Below the pieces are notes generated by a model, which saw only the letters and a list, made by a program, of their open reading frames with translations, made no database searches and was not told the origin of the DNA. Below are positions 37,109 to 45,135 of a stretch of DNA of 64,000 nt, in pieces (the first letter of the stretch is position 1; every line of letters begins with the position of its first letter). This DNA comes from Pseudomonadota bacterium (GTDB lineage: Archaea > Thermoplasmatota > SW-10-69-26 > JACQPN01 > JAJPHT01): contig JAJPHT010000016.1 in the NCBI GenBank assembly GCA_021325135.1, positions 1 through 64,000 on the forward strand. The letters are read 5' to 3'. Both the position numbers and the translations under genes were made by a program.

Positions 37109-37905
37109 CTCTCCTTCTCGGTGTCCTCGTCCTTGAGTGAGCCGTCCCCCACGCCGGGCGGCGGCCAGGCGTCCAGGCCGCGCAGCGCACGGCCCAGCGT
37201 GCCCATCACGCGGTGGTACTCCCAGGCGGTGATCCCGGCGCGGCCCATGAGGCGGCGGAACATCTGGTCCCCCTGCTCGACGCGGTGCGGCTGGAAGCCC
37301 ACCACCTCGTTCATGTGCCGCCACGTCGCGAAGAGGACCTCCTTCTCGTGGGGCTTCGCCATGGAGACGTAGGGCGTGGGCGGGTGCGCGTCGCGCTGGA
37401 TCTCGTAGAGCGCCACCGCCACGGCGTGGCTGAGGTTCATGCTGCGGTACTGCTGCCGCGTCGGGATGGAGCAGAGCAGGTCGCACGTCTCCACGTCCTC
37501 GTTGGAGAGGCCGAAGTCCTCGCGCCCGAAGACGAGCCCCACGCGCCCGCCCATGGTGGAGAGGCGCTGCGCGACGTCCTCCAGCCCTTCGGACATGCGG
37601 CGGTGCGCCTTGTTGATGGTGGAGATTCGCGACGCGAAGCCCACCAGCACGTCGAACTCCTTCTTGGCCTCGGCGAGCGTGGGGAAGCGGCGCGCCCTGT
37701 CCAGCACGCCGCGGGCGTGGACGGCGCGCTCCCGCGTCTCCTCGTTCATGGCGAAGGCGTTCACCAGCACGAGGTCCGAGACGCCGAAGTTCAGCATGCA
37801 GCGCGCGACGTGCCCGACGTTCCCGCCGTACTGGGGCTCGACGAGGACCACCGAGAACCGCGACTCCGGCAAGGGGTCGTCCGGCCGCGGGTTCGTGTTG
37901 TTCAC
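37105..37905 (-). CDS. trmJ: tRNA 2'-O-methyltransferase, TrmJ/LasT SPOUT family
   Basis: VVLVEPQYGGNVG, FGREDFGLSNED, SMNLSHAV. Confidence 0.92.
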   Translation of the reverse strand: MNNTNPRPDDPLPESRFSVVLVEPQYGGNVGHVARCMLNFGVSDLVLVNAFAMNEETRERAVHARGVLDRARRFPTLAEAKKEFDVLVGFASRISTINKAHRRMSEGLEDVAQRLSTMGGRVGLVFGREDFGLSNEDVETCDLLCSIPTRQQYRSMNLSHAVAVALYEIQRDAHPPTPYVSMAKPHEKEVLFATWRHMNEVVGFQPHRVEQGDQMFRRLMGRAGITAWEYHRVMGTLGRALRGLDAWPPPGVGDGSLKDEDTEKES

Positions 37906-38022
37906 GCGGCGCGCGATGGGGGGTGCCCTTCTTGGAGGCTTCGGGGCCTGCGGGGAGGCGCCGGGCTGGCGGCGCAGAGATGGAGACGCAAGAAAAGGGG
38001 CGCTCGAAGAAGGGCGAGGGGC

Positions 38023-38421
38023 TCACGCGGAGCGCTTGGAGGTGGCGCCGAACTCGCTCTCCTTCTTGGAGATGCGGTCGCCGAACTTGTCGGGCAGGCG
38101 GCGGGCCAGGTCCTCCAGGTCCTTGCGGCGGCTGCTGAACTCGCTGCGCTTGGGCGTGTCCAGGAGCTTCTCGAAGCGGCGGCGCAGGACGAGCTGCTCG
38201 CCGAAGTAGAAGCCGCCCATGATCAGCAGGATGGGGCCGCCGATGAAGAGGATGAGGTTGTAGTTGCCCTCGGGGCGCTCGACGAGGCTCTTGTAGCTCG
38301 CCAGCAGGTCGGGCGTGGGCTGGACGAAGCTGTAGACCCAGCTGATGACCGTGAGGATGAGCCCGATGATCGCCAGGACCAGCCCGATCTCCAGCAGGTG
38401 GTTCTTCGTCCACTTCGCCAT
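38023..38421 (-). CDS. DUF3198-like membrane protein
   Basis: Two TMs then FEKLLDTPKRSEF...LEDLARRLP. Confidence 0.65.
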   Translation of the reverse strand: MAKWTKNHLLEIGLVLAIIGLILTVISWVYSFVQPTPDLLASYKSLVERPEGNYNLILFIGGPILLIMGGFYFGEQLVLRRRFEKLLDTPKRSEFSSRRKDLEDLARRLPDKFGDRISKKESEFGATSKRSA

Positions 38422-38517
38422 GTTGCCAACCTTGGGCGCCGCAGCGGGCGCGGGCCATTTAAACATTCGGGGCGGCCGCTCCGACGGGCCTGCCCTCTGC
38501 CGGTCCTGCTCCTCGAT

Positions 38518-38587
38518 GCAACCCGAACCCACGAACCACCGGACCAGAGCAAGACCCGTGGTCCGGTGGTTCGTGGGTTCGGGTTGC
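38518..38587. repeat. Perfect 29-bp inverted repeat (12-nt spacer)
   Basis: GCAACCCGAACCCACGAACCACCGGACCA and its exact reverse complement. Confidence 0.95.
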
Positions 38588-38673
38588 TTCTGGGAGCGGG
38601 GCCAGGGAGCCCCGGTTTCAACTTCGCAGCCTTCTTAACCCTCCGCCCGCCATTTCCGGGCCGGGATGCATCC

Positions 38674-38997
38674 ATGACGCTCAGCATCGAGGAACTCTGG
38701 GTCAAGGCGGCCGTCGAGCACCGCTGCGTGTACATCTCGTACAAGAACCCCGAGACGCGGCTCGTCTACAACAACCGCAACATCCGTCCGGAAATCGTGA
38801 CCCAGGACGAGAGCGGCAACGTCACGCTCTGGGGCTTCCTGGACCACAACCCCTTCGTGGGCCTCAAGGCGTTCAGCCCCAAGTACTTCCAGAACGCGCG
38901 CCTCACCAACGACGGCTTCAAGCCCCAGCCCAACTCGCGCTGGCAGGAGCTCGTCCCCATCTACGACCAGATGGGCCTGAAGGTCAAGGACTCCTGA
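38674..38997 (+). CDS. Stand-alone WYL-like domain protein (107 aa)
   Basis: AAVEHRCVYISY...RNIRPE...LWGF...LKAF...F.NAR.T..GF.P resembles a WYL fold; GC-ending codons. Confidence 0.6.
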   Translation: MTLSIEELWVKAAVEHRCVYISYKNPETRLVYNNRNIRPEIVTQDESGNVTLWGFLDHNPFVGLKAFSPKYFQNARLTNDGFKPQPNSRWQELVPIYDQMGLKVKDS

Positions 38998-39078
38998 GGC
39001 CTCTCTTCTTCCTGGGCTCTCCCGCGGCCCGCCCCTGTCGGATGCCCCCAGCGTCGGCTCCGCGCGTCTCTCGCTTTC

Positions 39079-39191
39079 GTCACCACTTGACGCGACGACG
39101 CCACGGCGCCACGACGCGACGGACGAGGGAAACCCCTGTTTCTCCGGTCGTCGCGTCGTGGCGCCGTGGCGTCGTCGCGTCAAGTGGTGAC
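39079..39191. repeat. Perfect 43-bp inverted repeat between convergent genes
   Basis: GTCACCACTTGACGCGACGACGCCACGGCGCCACGACGCGACG and its exact reverse complement. Confidence 0.95.
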
Positions 39192-39219
39192 AGAAGACGA
39201 GAGCTACCTCAGGGAGGCG

Positions 39220-40680
39220 CTACCCGACGAGGTTCACCAGGGGGGGCACGACGATGGGAAGCAGGATCAGCGCCAGGATGAAGAGGCCCAGCGCGGCGGT
39301 GGCGCGGCTGACCTGCTTCTGGACGCGGTCGAGCTTCTCCTGCGTCTCGGCGTCCTTGCCCTTGACCTTGAGGGCGCCCATCTCCTCGCGCTCCACGGCG
39401 ACGCGGGCGCGGTCCACCTGATAGCGCTTCATGAAGTGGTCCGAGAGGGTGGCCTTGAACATCTGGCCGCCGTCCAGAGGCCCCGCGGGGAGCGCGTTGA
39501 AGGTGCCCAGCATGAGGTTGATCCAGACGATCCAGTAGAGGAGCGTCGCGAGCCCGAAGAACGCCGGCGCACCCAGGACCGCCAGCGGGCCGTGGAGGGT
39601 GAAGAGGCCGTTGTAGGGCGCGGCGAGCACGTCCACGCCCTGGCTGAAGATGAAGAAGGGGTACGCGACGTAGAAGAGGAAGCTGCTGAGGCTCCCGAAG
39701 GGGTGCTGGATCGCGTCGCGCATGGAGTCCAGCGTGTCCAGCCCGATGCCGGCGACGCCCAGGAACCCCTTGCCGCGGTTCTCGGGCACGTTGGAGGAGG
39801 GCGCGACCTTCTGCACGTAGTCGTACTTGTCCGTGAGGACCGCCTGCGTGCTGAGCGCCTTGCCCCCGCGCAGGTACTCGATGGGGATGGTCTGTCCCGC
39901 GTGCGTGCCGTTCATCACCGTGGTGTACGAGTCGCGGTCGGTGATGGCGACGCCGTTGACCTTGGTGAGCACGTCGCCGTTGCGCAGGCCCGCGGCCTCC
40001 GCGCCGCTGCCGGGCTCCACCGAGCCGATGACGACGCCGTGGCCGTCGTTGGCCAGCGTGAGGCTCCCCATGAACGCCACGGAGAGCAGGCCGCCCGCGA
40101 CCAGCGCCAGCACGATGTTGCTGGTGGGGCCCGCGGCGAAGACGCGGTTCTTCTCCCGCGTCGTGGCCTTGAGGAGGTCCTCCTCGTCGGGCTCGACGAA
40201 GGCGCCGATGGGGATGATGAACGTGACGAGGCCGAGGCTCTTGACCTTCATGCGGCCCACGAACGCCATGACGCCGTGGCTCCCCTCGTGGATGAGGAGC
40301 GCCACCAGCAGCGCCAGCAGGCCGTAGCCCACGGGGATGAGGGGGTTGACGCCGGGCACGCCGATGAGGAACTCGGGGGGAGGCGCGTTGGCCGCCGCCT
40401 CCTTGGGCGCGCTCACGTACTTCCAGAGGCTCGCCACCAGGAGCACGAACACCAGGATGCCCATGGCCCACGTGAGCACGATGCCCGCGTCGGCGACGAC
40501 CATCCAGAAGCGCCGCGGCGTCGCGACCTTCTGGATCGCCTTCTTGCCCAGCTGCGTGCGCCAGAAGAGGAACGGCCCGTTGAGCTCGAACCCGCCCTTG
40601 AGGGGCCCTCGCCCGCGCAGGAGGAGGACCAGCGCGGCGTAGGCCGCCAGCAGGATCAGGAAGACGAGCCAGCCGTTCAT
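39220..40680 (-). CDS. Site-2 protease (M50) with PDZ domain
   Basis: HEGSHG, GAFVEPDEE, PDZ GSGAEAAGLRNGD, FNALPAGPLDGG. Confidence 0.95.
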   Translation of the reverse strand: MNGWLVFLILLAAYAALVLLLRGRGPLKGGFELNGPFLFWRTQLGKKAIQKVATPRRFWMVVADAGIVLTWAMGILVFVLLVASLWKYVSAPKEAAANAPPPEFLIGVPGVNPLIPVGYGLLALLVALLIHEGSHGVMAFVGRMKVKSLGLVTFIIPIGAFVEPDEEDLLKATTREKNRVFAAGPTSNIVLALVAGGLLSVAFMGSLTLANDGHGVVIGSVEPGSGAEAAGLRNGDVLTKVNGVAITDRDSYTTVMNGTHAGQTIPIEYLRGGKALSTQAVLTDKYDYVQKVAPSSNVPENRGKGFLGVAGIGLDTLDSMRDAIQHPFGSLSSFLFYVAYPFFIFSQGVDVLAAPYNGLFTLHGPLAVLGAPAFFGLATLLYWIVWINLMLGTFNALPAGPLDGGQMFKATLSDHFMKRYQVDRARVAVEREEMGALKVKGKDAETQEKLDRVQKQVSRATAALGLFILALILLPIVVPPLVNLVG

Positions 40681-40753
40681 GGTCGGAAGCAGACTCGGGG
40701 GCTCCTCATTTAAGGGTTGTCGGATCGGACGGCCGGAGTCCGCCAGCGGGCGA

Positions 40754-41371
40754 TCAGACCGCGGCGACGCGCAGCCCCGCGAGCCCCTGCTTGACCAGGG
40801 CCTCCACGTCCAGGCGGGACTCCTCCTTCTCGACGCGCTCCAGCGCCGCGCCCGTGCTGGGGTTCGAGGGGCCCAGCACGTCGCAAAGCTCGGGGCCCTT
40901 GCTGATCTCGAAGGTGCCCCACTCCCGCGCGAGGTCGATGATGTCCACCTTGTCGTAGGCCAGCAGGGGGCGCAGCACGGGGAGGGGCGCCGCGCGGTCG
41001 ATGCTGGCGAGGTTGGGGAGCGTCTGGCTGCTCACCTGCCCGAGGTTCTCCCCGGTGGCGATGGCCGCGCAGCCCAAATCCGGCGCCATGGCGCCCGCGA
41101 TGCGGGCCATGAGGCGCTTGCTGAGCACGAAGTAGAGGCGCTCGTCGGCGCGCTTCACCAGCTCCCCGAAAAGGGGGCCGGCGGGCACGACGTGGAGGCG
41201 CGCAAGGCCCAGGGCTTTCGCCAGCGCCTTGGCCTTCTCCTCGCCGCCGCCGTCGGTGAAGGGCTCCAGCGAGAAGTGGACCGCCTCCAGCGCGAGCCCC
41301 TGCTCCTGGAGGAGCTTGCCGGCGACGGGCGAGTCGATGCCGCCCGAGAGGAGCAGGAGGGCGCGGGGCAC
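40754..41371 (-). CDS. thiI: ThiI-like PP-loop catalytic domain only (no THUMP)
   Basis: LLSGGIDSPVA, TGENLGQVSSQTL, RPLLAYDK; 205 aa from GTG. Confidence 0.8.
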   Translation of the reverse strand: MPRALLLLSGGIDSPVAGKLLQEQGLALEAVHFSLEPFTDGGGEEKAKALAKALGLARLHVVPAGPLFGELVKRADERLYFVLSKRLMARIAGAMAPDLGCAAIATGENLGQVSSQTLPNLASIDRAAPLPVLRPLLAYDKVDIIDLAREWGTFEISKGPELCDVLGPSNPSTGAALERVEKEESRLDVEALVKQGLAGLRVAAV

Positions 41372-41450
41372 GAGGCCCCCAGGCCGCCTCCTCAAGAAAA
41401 GCCTAGGCCCGGGCCGGACGCCTCCAAAGGGCCCGGGGCGAAGGGTGTCC

Positions 41451-41873
41451 TCAGCAGACGCCGCTGACGACCTGGCAGAGGGCGCGGGGGGTCCCGACGA
41501 CCACGCTGCCGGTGCCCACGGTCTGGCCCGCCACGCTGACGGTGACCGCGTTGGGGTCGATCGCGAGGGAGGTGCGGCCGCTGCTGTCGACGTTGGCATA
41601 CACGCCGGTCACGCCGACGGGCAGGCCGAAGGTCTGGGGCTGCGTCGCGGGCAGGCCCGTGCCGCAGAGGGGCGTCACGCCGGCGCCGTTGTTGCCGATG
41701 GTCAGCAGCGTGCCGTTGAGCTGGATGCCGGTGGGGTTCACGTCGGTGCCGCCGGTCTGGCCGGTGCCGCCGCTGTAGTAGTAGAAGCCCTGGCCGGCGT
41801 TGTTGTAGTAGAAGCAGCAGCCGGCGGACTCGCGGTCGTTGGTCACGGGGGCGAAGAGGGGCTTGGAGTACAT
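41451..41873 (-). CDS. Hypothetical Gly/Thr/Tyr-rich protein
   Basis: 140 aa with very strong GC3 bias; no signal peptide. Confidence 0.65.
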   Translation of the reverse strand: MYSKPLFAPVTNDRESAGCCFYYNNAGQGFYYYSGGTGQTGGTDVNPTGIQLNGTLLTIGNNGAGVTPLCGTGLPATQPQTFGLPVGVTGVYANVDSSGRTSLAIDPNAVTVSVAGQTVGTGSVVVGTPRALCQVVSGVC

Positions 41874-42001
41874 GGTCTCAACTCGCCGGGCGCAAGGTCC
41901 GGCGCCCCCACGACGCGCCCCCACGTCAAGTCCCTATGCTGCCGATGATGGCTGAAACGGGCGGCCGATGCCCTGATGCCCGCGGGCGGGGCTCCCGGGG
42001 C

Positions 42002-42598
42002 GTGGACGCAGAGCCCCGCTTCTTCGCCACGCCTGCCGCCTTCCGCCGCTGGCTGGAGCGGAACCACGATCGCGCGTCGGAGCTCCTCGTGGGGTTCCGG
42101 AAGGTGGGATCGGGGAAGCCCAGCGTCACGTGGCCCGAGGCCGTGGACGAGGCGCTCTCCTTCGGCTGGATCGACGGCGTCCGCCGGCGCGTGGACGACG
42201 AGACGTACTCCATCCGCTTCACGCCGCGCAAGCCGGGGAGCCACTGGAGCCGCGTCAACGTCGCGCACGCGGCGCGCCTGGAGCGCGAGGGGCGCATGAC
42301 GCCCGCGGGCCGGCGCGCGTTCGAGGCGCGCAAGGAGGGGCGCACCGCGCAGGCCTCCTACGAGAACCGCGAGACGGCGAAGCTTCCCGCCGCCGCGACG
42401 AGGCGCCTCAAGGCCGACCCCCGCGCGTGGGCGTACTGGACCGCGGAGGCGCCCAGCTACCGCCGCGCGGCCGCGTGGTGGATCGTGAGCGCGAAGAAGG
42501 AGGAGACGCGGGAGCGGCGCCTCGCGACGCTGGTGGCCGACTGCGCGGCGGGCCGCCGCATCAAGCCCCTGAGCTACGGGAAGCCCCGAAAGGGGTGA
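42002..42598 (+). CDS. YdeI/OmpD-associated family protein
   Basis: FRRWLERNH, ALSFGWIDG, FTPRKPGSHWS.VN, AKKEETRERR. Confidence 0.92.
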   Translation: MDAEPRFFATPAAFRRWLERNHDRASELLVGFRKVGSGKPSVTWPEAVDEALSFGWIDGVRRRVDDETYSIRFTPRKPGSHWSRVNVAHAARLEREGRMTPAGRRAFEARKEGRTAQASYENRETAKLPAAATRRLKADPRAWAYWTAEAPSYRRAAAWWIVSAKKEETRERRLATLVADCAAGRRIKPLSYGKPRKG

Positions 42599-42652
42599 GG
42601 CCCCGGGCGCCCTTTGGGAAGGCTCAAGGCGCGCCCTGGCTACCGCGCCAGG

Positions 42653-43954
42653 ATGAGCGGCCCCACCTTCGGCTCCTCCGGCGTCCGCGGCCCCTTCGCC
42701 ACCGTGGCGACGCCCGAACTGGCGCTGCGCCTGGGCCGCGCGGTGGGCGCCACGCGCCGCCGCGTCGTCGTGGGCCGCGACGCGCGCACGACGGGGCCCC
42801 TGCTGGAGCGCGCGCTGGTGGCGGGCCTCCTCGCCGGCGGCGCCGACGTCGCCACCTGCGGCGTGCTCCCCACGCCCGCCCTGGCGCACGCGGCGCGGCG
42901 CTTCGACGCGGGCGTCGTCGTCACGGCGAGCCACAACCCCGCGCCCGACAACGGCTTCAAGCTCTGGGAGCCCGACGGCAGGGCCTTCGGAAGGGCGGAG
43001 CGCGCGGAGGTCGAGCGCCTGCTGGCCGCGCCGCCCGCCAGCGCCGCGTGGGACCGCGTGGGCGCCGTCTCCGAGGAGCCCGGCGCCGTCGAGGCGCACG
43101 CGCGGCGCGTCCTTGATATCACAGGCCCCCTTCCGCGCCGCCTGCGCGTCGTGCTGGACTGCGGGAACGGCGCCGCGAGCCGCGAGTCGCCGGCCCTCCT
43201 GCGCGCGCTGGGGTGCGACGTGATCACCCTCAACGCGCAGCCCGACGGCCACTTCCCCGGCCGCCCCAGCGAGCCCAGCGAGGAGAACCTCGCCGCGCTG
43301 AGGCAGGCCGTCGTGGCGGCGGGCGCCGACCTGGGCCTCGCGCACGACGGCGACGCGGACCGCTGCATGGCCGTCACGCACGCGGGCCGCTACGTGCAGG
43401 GGGACGAGCTTCTCCTCCTCTTCGCGCAGGACCACGCGGGCAAGACCATCGCGTGCCCCGTGGACGCGAGCCGCGCCATCGAGGACGCCTCGGGCTGCCG
43501 CGTGGTGCGCACGCGCGTGGGCGACGCCTACGTGAGCGAGCGCCTCGCCGAGGTGGGCGGCGCCTTCGGCGGCGAGGCCAGCGGCGCGTGGATCTTCCCC
43601 GAGATGAGCTGGTGCCCCGACGGGCCCCTCGCGGCCGCCATGGTGTGCCGCATGGTGGCGACGCGCGGTCCCCTGGAATCCCTCGTGGCCGCGCTGCCCC
43701 GCTACCCCCTGTGGCGGCACTCGTGGCGCATGGCGCCCGAGGAGATCGAGCCCACGATGCGGCGCTTCGCCGCGGCGCTGGCCGACGGCAAGGTCACGAC
43801 GCTGGACGGCGTCAAGGCCGACTACGACGAGGGGTGGGTCCTCGTGCGCCCCAGCGGCACCGAGCCCAAGGTGCGCGTGACCGTGGAGGCCACCGACGCT
43901 GCCGGGCTCGAGGCGCTCAAGGCGAAGGTCGCGCGAGTCCTGCCTTTCCGATAG
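42653..43954 (+). CDS. glmM: Phosphoglucosamine mutase / phosphohexomutase
   Basis: FGSSGVRG, TASHNP, DGDADR, GGEASG, RPSGTEP. Confidence 0.9.
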   Translation: MSGPTFGSSGVRGPFATVATPELALRLGRAVGATRRRVVVGRDARTTGPLLERALVAGLLAGGADVATCGVLPTPALAHAARRFDAGVVVTASHNPAPDNGFKLWEPDGRAFGRAERAEVERLLAAPPASAAWDRVGAVSEEPGAVEAHARRVLDITGPLPRRLRVVLDCGNGAASRESPALLRALGCDVITLNAQPDGHFPGRPSEPSEENLAALRQAVVAAGADLGLAHDGDADRCMAVTHAGRYVQGDELLLLFAQDHAGKTIACPVDASRAIEDASGCRVVRTRVGDAYVSERLAEVGGAFGGEASGAWIFPEMSWCPDGPLAAAMVCRMVATRGPLESLVAALPRYPLWRHSWRMAPEEIEPTMRRFAAALADGKVTTLDGVKADYDEGWVLVRPSGTEPKVRVTVEATDAAGLEALKAKVARVLPFR

Positions 43955-44169
43955 AGCCGCCGCGCGATGCGGATGGCGGCGAGGGCCTGCCGCGCCTCGT
44001 CGTCCGCGTGCTGCGGAGGCTCCACCGTCGCGGGCGTCATCAGCATCTTGGCGGCGAACGCCCCCGAGAGGGCGCCCGGCGCGCCGGCCAGCGCGAGCAC
44101 GTACCAGGTCGCGCCCCCCGCCGCGAGCCAAGGGGCGAGCTGCACGGCCACCGACGAGTTGCCGGCGGC

Positions 44170-45135
44170 CTACGCGCGGCGCTGGAGCAGCTGGATCCCC
44201 GTGACGAGCCCCCACACCCACGCGCCCACCCACATGAGGACGCTCAGCGGCGCGCCCAGGAAGAGCGTCGCGAAGAGGACGACGAAGCCGCCCAGGAAGA
44301 GGAAGCCTTGCGCCCACCCTTCCTGGCGCCCCGCGACGAGGGAGCCCAGGCCGGGCCAGATGAGGATGTTGAGGAGGAGCGCCGCGACGGCCACGCCTTC
44401 GGAGACGGGCGGCTGCGCGTGCGCCTGCGCGGGCGGAGGCGCCATGGCGGGCGGCGCGGCGGCGCGCACGGGGCGCCCGCACGCGGGGCAGAACGCCGCG
44501 CCCGCGGGGAGCGAGGCGCCGCACGACGTGCAGAACGCGTGCAGGGGTGGCGCCGCCACCGCCGGCGCGACGGGGGGCGGAGGCGGGGGCGCGCTCCACG
44601 CGAGGGCGGGCTGCGGCGGCGTCGGGGCCTCGACGCGGGGCGCGCCCGTGGCATACGCGTCGAGGAGCTTGCCGTAGTGCATGCCCGTGCGCTCGCGCTG
44701 CATGCCGAGGCGATGGAGCACGGCGACGGAGCGCGCGTTGGCGGGGTCGACCACGGCGACGACGCGCGGGAGGTGAAGCTCTTCGAAGCCCCAGCGGACG
44801 AGGCGGCGCGCGGCCTCCGTGGCGTAGCCCTTCCCCCACGCGTCGCGGCGCAGGCCGTAGTAGACCTCCACGTCGGGCGTCCCTTCCAGGGGCATGAGGC
44901 CCGCCCAGCCGACGACCTGGCCCGACGCCTTCTCCACGAGGGCGAAGTGGCGCCGCTGCGGGTCCGCGCCCGAGAGGCGGCGCTGGAACGCGGCGCGCCC
45001 TTGCTCCTCGCTCATGGCCTGGCCTCCGGGGAGGTGACGCATGACCTCGGGGTCGCTGACCATGGCGAGGTAGGCGGCTTCGTCCGCGGCCTCGTAGGGG
45101 CGCAGCAGGAGTCGGTCGGTCTCGAGGGTCGTCAA
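44170..45135 (-). CDS. RimJ/RimL-type GNAT fused to Pro-rich linker, zinc ribbon and TM tail
   Basis: TTG overlaps the rad50 stop; LETDRLLLR, WGKGYATEA, NARSVAVL; CTSC...CPAC; about 3 TMs. Confidence 0.82.
   Translation of the reverse strand: MTTLETDRLLLRPYEAADEAAYLAMVSDPEVMRHLPGGQAMSEEQGRAAFQRRLSGADPQRRHFALVEKASGQVVGWAGLMPLEGTPDVEVYYGLRRDAWGKGYATEAARRLVRWGFEELHLPRVVAVVDPANARSVAVLHRLGMQRERTGMHYGKLLDAYATGAPRVEAPTPPQPALAWSAPPPPPPVAPAVAAPPLHAFCTSCGASLPAGAAFCPACGRPVRAAAPPAMAPPPAQAHAQPPVSEGVAVAALLLNILIWPGLGSLVAGRQEGWAQGFLFLGGFVVLFATLFLGAPLSVLMWVGAWVWGLVTGIQLLQRRA

Noticed and set aside
38518-39191. CRISPR array
   Set aside because: The repeats are inverted and differ from each other; no repeat-spacer periodicity and no cas genes.
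43822-44151. 109-aa minus-strand ORF
   Set aside because: Overlaps the glmM 3' end by about 130 nt and has no recognisable motif; left uncalled.
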